From Candidatus Fimadaptatus sp. (lineage in GTDB: Bacteria; Bacillota; Clostridia; Christensenellales; Aristaeellaceae), in the NCBI GenBank assembly GCA_050946055.1, contig JBMNUB010000002.1:97338-161337 (forward strand): a stretch of 64,000 nt of DNA, written 5' to 3'. Under the pieces are notes generated by a model, which was not told the origin of the DNA, ran no database searches, and saw only the letters and a list, made by a program, of their open reading frames with translations. The stretch's first letter is position 1. The number at the start of each line of letters is the position of its first letter. Both the position numbers and the translations under genes were made by a program. This document shows, one piece after another, positions 61,046-64,000 of the stretch.

Positions 61046-61192
61046 CATGCGCAAATAGATATGCTCCCTCGCGTACTGCGCATTCGTGAATGGCGGGCGG
61101 TACAGAGGGAGCATTTTGCGCATATTCAACTATTTGTGGCAATCACAATGCGCGCGGTCGGTATCTTGCGACGCATATCGCATGCGGTAGTA

Positions 61193-61708
61193 TTACGCGC
61201 CCATGCGCGCGCATATGCTGCCCAGCACGCCGTTGCGCTTGAGCGCGTAGAGCAGCGCGCCCGATATGGCCGCGCCCGCCGCTGTGGATATCAGGAAGGG
61301 CATTATGTATGCATAGAACGCGACGCTGCCCGCAGTCACGCCCATGAACAGCGTGGCGATGGGGTAGGCCAGCAGACCGCCTATTATGCCCGTGCCGAAC
61401 ACCTCGGCCAGCAGCGTGGGCATTATGCCGCGCGTATAGTGATAGACCAGCCCGCACAGCAGCGCGCCGCACATGCTGCCCGGGAATGCCAGCAGGCTAC
61501 CCAGTCCCATGAGGTTGCGCAGCAGGCTGGCCACAAAGGCCACGCCCACGCCATACCACGGCCCCAGCAGCACCGCGCACAGCACGTTGACCATGTGCTG
61601 CACCGGCGCGCACTTGCTTCCGAACACCGGGAACGAGAACATGCTGCCGGCGACCGCCAGCGCGCAGAGTATGCCGGCTGTGGCCAGCTTGAGTATGTTG
61701 GAACGCTT
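61193..61708 (-). CDS. thiW: Thiazole ECF-transporter S component ThiW
   Basis: ThiW hallmarks (FSFPVFGSKCAPVQHMVNVLCAVLLGPWYG…LLAFPGSMCGALLCGL…FGTGIIGGLLAYPI). Start assigned to MKRSNIL at 61708; the track ORF extends to 61840. Confidence 0.8.
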   Translation of the reverse strand, partial: KRSNILKLATAGILCALAVAGSMFSFPVFGSKCAPVQHMVNVLCAVLLGPWYGVGVAFVASLLRNLMGLGSLLAFPGSMCGALLCGLVYHYTRGIMPTLLAEVFGTGIIGGLLAYPIATLFMGVTAGSVAFYAYIMPFLISTAAGAAISGALLYALKRNGVLGSICARMGA

Positions 61709-62151
61709 CATAAATATCATCTCTCCTTTGCGATATAAAGGGGGCGCATCTGGTGAAAACAGCCCCCGTACAGGGTGCGGAGGGCAGACTTCGCCCACCG
61801 TTCGGTCGAGACTTGCTGGTCTCCTCTCACGCCGGAACACGGCTTCCCATCGCTGTCTTCACGCCACAGGGCGCTCCCCCTCTGGCGGCCCGCTTGCGGG
61901 TATACCCGCCTCCTTTCGCAAAGCAGTATCTATTCAAAGCGCCACGGGGCGTTTTGACCTATATGGGTAAAGGGCAACAGGTCATCAGCGCGCAATGTGC
62001 CATTGCGCATGCGTTTGCGCAGGCGATGCGTATCATATCGCCGCGCAGTGTGCGGCATATGGCTGTGCGTATGCGCAGACGATGCGTAGCATCCTCCCGC
62101 GCATATACGTCAGCAATGCATATCACCGCCATGCGCACCGCACGGCGCTCG

Positions 62152-62829
62152 TCAGACATCGTCTCGCGGCTGCATGCACATCTCCCAGAAGGCATGCTCA
62201 TGCTCGGAGCAGCGGCGGAATATGTCGAGGCACTTTGCCTCGCGCTCGGGGCTAAGTCCCTGACATGCGCGCTCGGTGAACTCCATCCACTCGCGGCAGA
62301 CAGCATCGTAGCTGCCGTCTGCGTAGTCGCGCACGAAAGGCCAGTAGGCCGTGTCGCGCACCTGGGGATAGTCGCGCAGCACCTCGCCGAATATGTATGC
62401 GTAGCTCAGCATGCAGGGCAGGCAGGCCATCATGCACTCGGGCGCGCCCTCGCCATCGCGCGCGGCGCTTAGCATCGTGTCCACATAGGCGCGGTTGGCC
62501 GGGCGCAGCGGAAGGTGCTGTATATCGGCATCGGTAAGGCCATAGCGCTTCATGTAGTACAGGCGAGTGGCATCCTCGCTCTCGTTTACGAAGGCGAGCA
62601 GCGAGTAGTATGCGCGTATCTCCTCGCTGGTTCTGGCATGCACCATGCCATAGGCGAATACCTTGGCGTATTCGCGCAGGTACAGGCTGTCATCGACTAT
62701 ATAGCCCTTGAAGCAGTCCTCGCTGAGAGTGCCTGCCGCCACGCCGCGCACGAAGGCGGTGTCCAGACAGCTGCGCCATATGGGCAGGCTGTCGCGTATT
62801 GCATCGCTTAGCATGCTCATCCTTTTCAC
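62152..62829 (-). CDS. tenA: Thiaminase II/TenA-family aminopyrimidine aminohydrolase
   Basis: TenA/THI-4 family pattern (…FVRGVAAGTLSEDCFKGYIVDDSLYLREY… and the catalytic Cys region …APECMMACLPC…). Start overlaps the thiD stop. Confidence 0.8.
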   Translation of the reverse strand: MKRMSMLSDAIRDSLPIWRSCLDTAFVRGVAAGTLSEDCFKGYIVDDSLYLREYAKVFAYGMVHARTSEEIRAYYSLLAFVNESEDATRLYYMKRYGLTDADIQHLPLRPANRAYVDTMLSAARDGEGAPECMMACLPCMLSYAYIFGEVLRDYPQVRDTAYWPFVRDYADGSYDAVCREWMEFTERACQGLSPEREAKCLDIFRRCSEHEHAFWEMCMQPRDDV

Positions 62830-63623
62830 CTCACAAACTCGCCCTGAAGCGCAAACATGTGGTCCATGGGGCCGCGTCCCCTGCCCAGATTTAGCATCGC
62901 GCCCAGCGCTCCCGATATGTACGCCTTGGCGCGGCGCACGGCCTCGTCAAGCTCATAGCCCTTGGCGAGGTTGGAGGCTATTGCGCTGGACAGCGTGCAG
63001 CCTGTGCCGTGTGTGTTGGGGTTGTCTATGCGCTTGCCGTTAAACCACTTGCCGTGGCCATTGCACCACAGGTAATCGTTGGCATCGTTCAGGTCATGGC
63101 CGCCCTTGAGCAGCACGGCACAGCCGTACTTTGCGCATATTGCCTGCGCTGCGGCTTCCATGTCGGCTGAGCTGGCGATGCGCCCGCCCAGCAGCACCTC
63201 GGCCTCGGGTATGTTGGGCGTTATAACGCAGCTAAGCGGCATGAGTCTGCCGGTGAGCGCCGATATCGCATCTTCGGATATCAGCCGCGAGCCGCTGGTC
63301 GCGACCATCACGGGGTCTACGACTATGTTCTGCGCGGAGTATTCTGCGAGTTTTTGGGCTATTACCTCGATGAGCGGAACTGAGGATACCATGCCTATCT
63401 TGACCGCGTCCGGGCGTATGTCGGTGAATACGCAGTCCAGCTGCTCGGCGAGGAATTCCGGGCTGGCTTCCTGTATGCTGCGCACGCCGGTGGTGTTCTG
63501 GGCGACCATGGCGGTTATGGCGCTCATGGCGTATACGCCGTTGGCGGTCATGGTCTTTATGTCGGCCTGTATGCCCGCGCCGCCGCTGGGATCGGTTCCG
63601 GCTATGGTGAGTGCTGTCTTCAT
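62826..63623 (-). CDS. thiD: Hydroxymethylpyrimidine/phosphomethylpyrimidine kinase ThiD
   Basis: ThiD motifs (LTIAGTDPSGGAGIQADIKT… and …GTGCTLSSAIASNLAKG). AAGGAG RBS before the ATG at 63623; the track ORF extends to 63680. Confidence 0.9.
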   Translation of the reverse strand: MKTALTIAGTDPSGGAGIQADIKTMTANGVYAMSAITAMVAQNTTGVRSIQEASPEFLAEQLDCVFTDIRPDAVKIGMVSSVPLIEVIAQKLAEYSAQNIVVDPVMVATSGSRLISEDAISALTGRLMPLSCVITPNIPEAEVLLGGRIASSADMEAAAQAICAKYGCAVLLKGGHDLNDANDYLWCNGHGKWFNGKRIDNPNTHGTGCTLSSAIASNLAKGYELDEAVRRAKAYISGALGAMLNLGRGRGPMDHMFALQGEFVR

Positions 63624-63775
63624 ATTATACAATGCTCCTTTTGGTATTGAGTCTTTCGGATAACGGCACGATGCGCGCATGTGGAAACCGGCGCTTGGAG
63701 ATGGCGCGGTGTATGGCGGTTAGGGTATGCCGAGCTTGCATGCGTTCATCATGCGGATGGGGGAGTATCACATGG

Positions 63776-64000
63776 GGCGATGCTGCCATCGCTGAACACT
63801 GCGTCAGCAATCACGCGCATTATGCGCATGAGAGTATCGCATCAGGCGATGCTGCCATCGCTGAACACTGCGCCAGCCAGCGCGCGCATTATGCGCATGA
63901 GAGTATCGCATCGGGCGATGCTGTCATTGGCGAAAGCCACGTCAGCCAGCGCGCGCATTATGCGCATGAGAGTATCGCATCAGGCGATGCTGCCATCGCT
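63776..64000. repeat. About 70-bp tandem repeat (three or more copies), running off the window edge
   Basis: GGCGATGCTGCCATCGCTGAACACTGCG.CAGC…CGCGCATTATGCGCATGAGAGTATCGCATCA repeats with a period of about 71 bp from about 63776 to the end of the window. Confidence 0.85.

Noticed and set aside
61709-62151. TPP riboswitch upstream of thiW
   Set aside because: Expected from established knowledge of thiW regulation, but the THI-box core elements could not be found by eye on either strand; left as an open check, not called.
61753-62472. 239-aa plus-strand ORF overlapping the thiW leader and tenA
   Set aside because: It is antisense to tenA, has a low-complexity translation, and has no RBS.

Overview
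High-GC (about 60-65%) Firmicutes chromosomal window, most consistent with a spore-forming Clostridia genome (Oscillospiraceae/Ruminococcaceae-like). Coding density is high; almost every real gene was recognisable from the translated ORFs, while the many long antisense ORFs in the track are GC-driven artefacts. Gene content in order: a GerMN-domain germination lipoprotein, lon-engB, a compact and atypical dcw division/cell-wall cluster (mraZ, ftsL, PASTA-PBP, murE, mraY, murD, ftsW, murA, ftsQ, ftsA, ftsZ; no rsmH, murF, murG, murB or ddl), a pfkB kinase, sporulation/germination genes (spoIIR, sleB-ypeB), an NfeD-flotillin pair, yqeG, pepP-efp, a 1093-aa SH3b surface protein, CapA, a GH29 fucosidase with an AraC regulator, yebC, an LplABC-type sugar ABC transporter, two tRNA-Ser genes, an XRE mini-operon and a thiW/tenA/thiD thiamine-salvage cluster. 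Non-coding highlights: (1) three dispersed copies of a previously uncharacterised, roughly 300-bp hairpin-rich intergenic element (33948-34262, 49525-49848, 54470-54745), a candidate structured sRNA or MITE; (2) an unusual number of intergenic tandem-repeat arrays (periods 32, 34, 60, 70, 120 and 148 bp), two of them inside the dcw cluster; (3) a low-GC islet (47655-48599) carrying a gene broken into three reading frames, next to a CBS protein with a HEPN-like Rx4H motif; (4) an LplB permease with a roughly 160-aa four-TM N-terminal extension; (5) a small unlisted ORF translationally coupled to a polyferredoxin. No CRISPR array, no cas genes and no intact mobile element were found. Coordinates derived by hand may be off by 1-2 nt.
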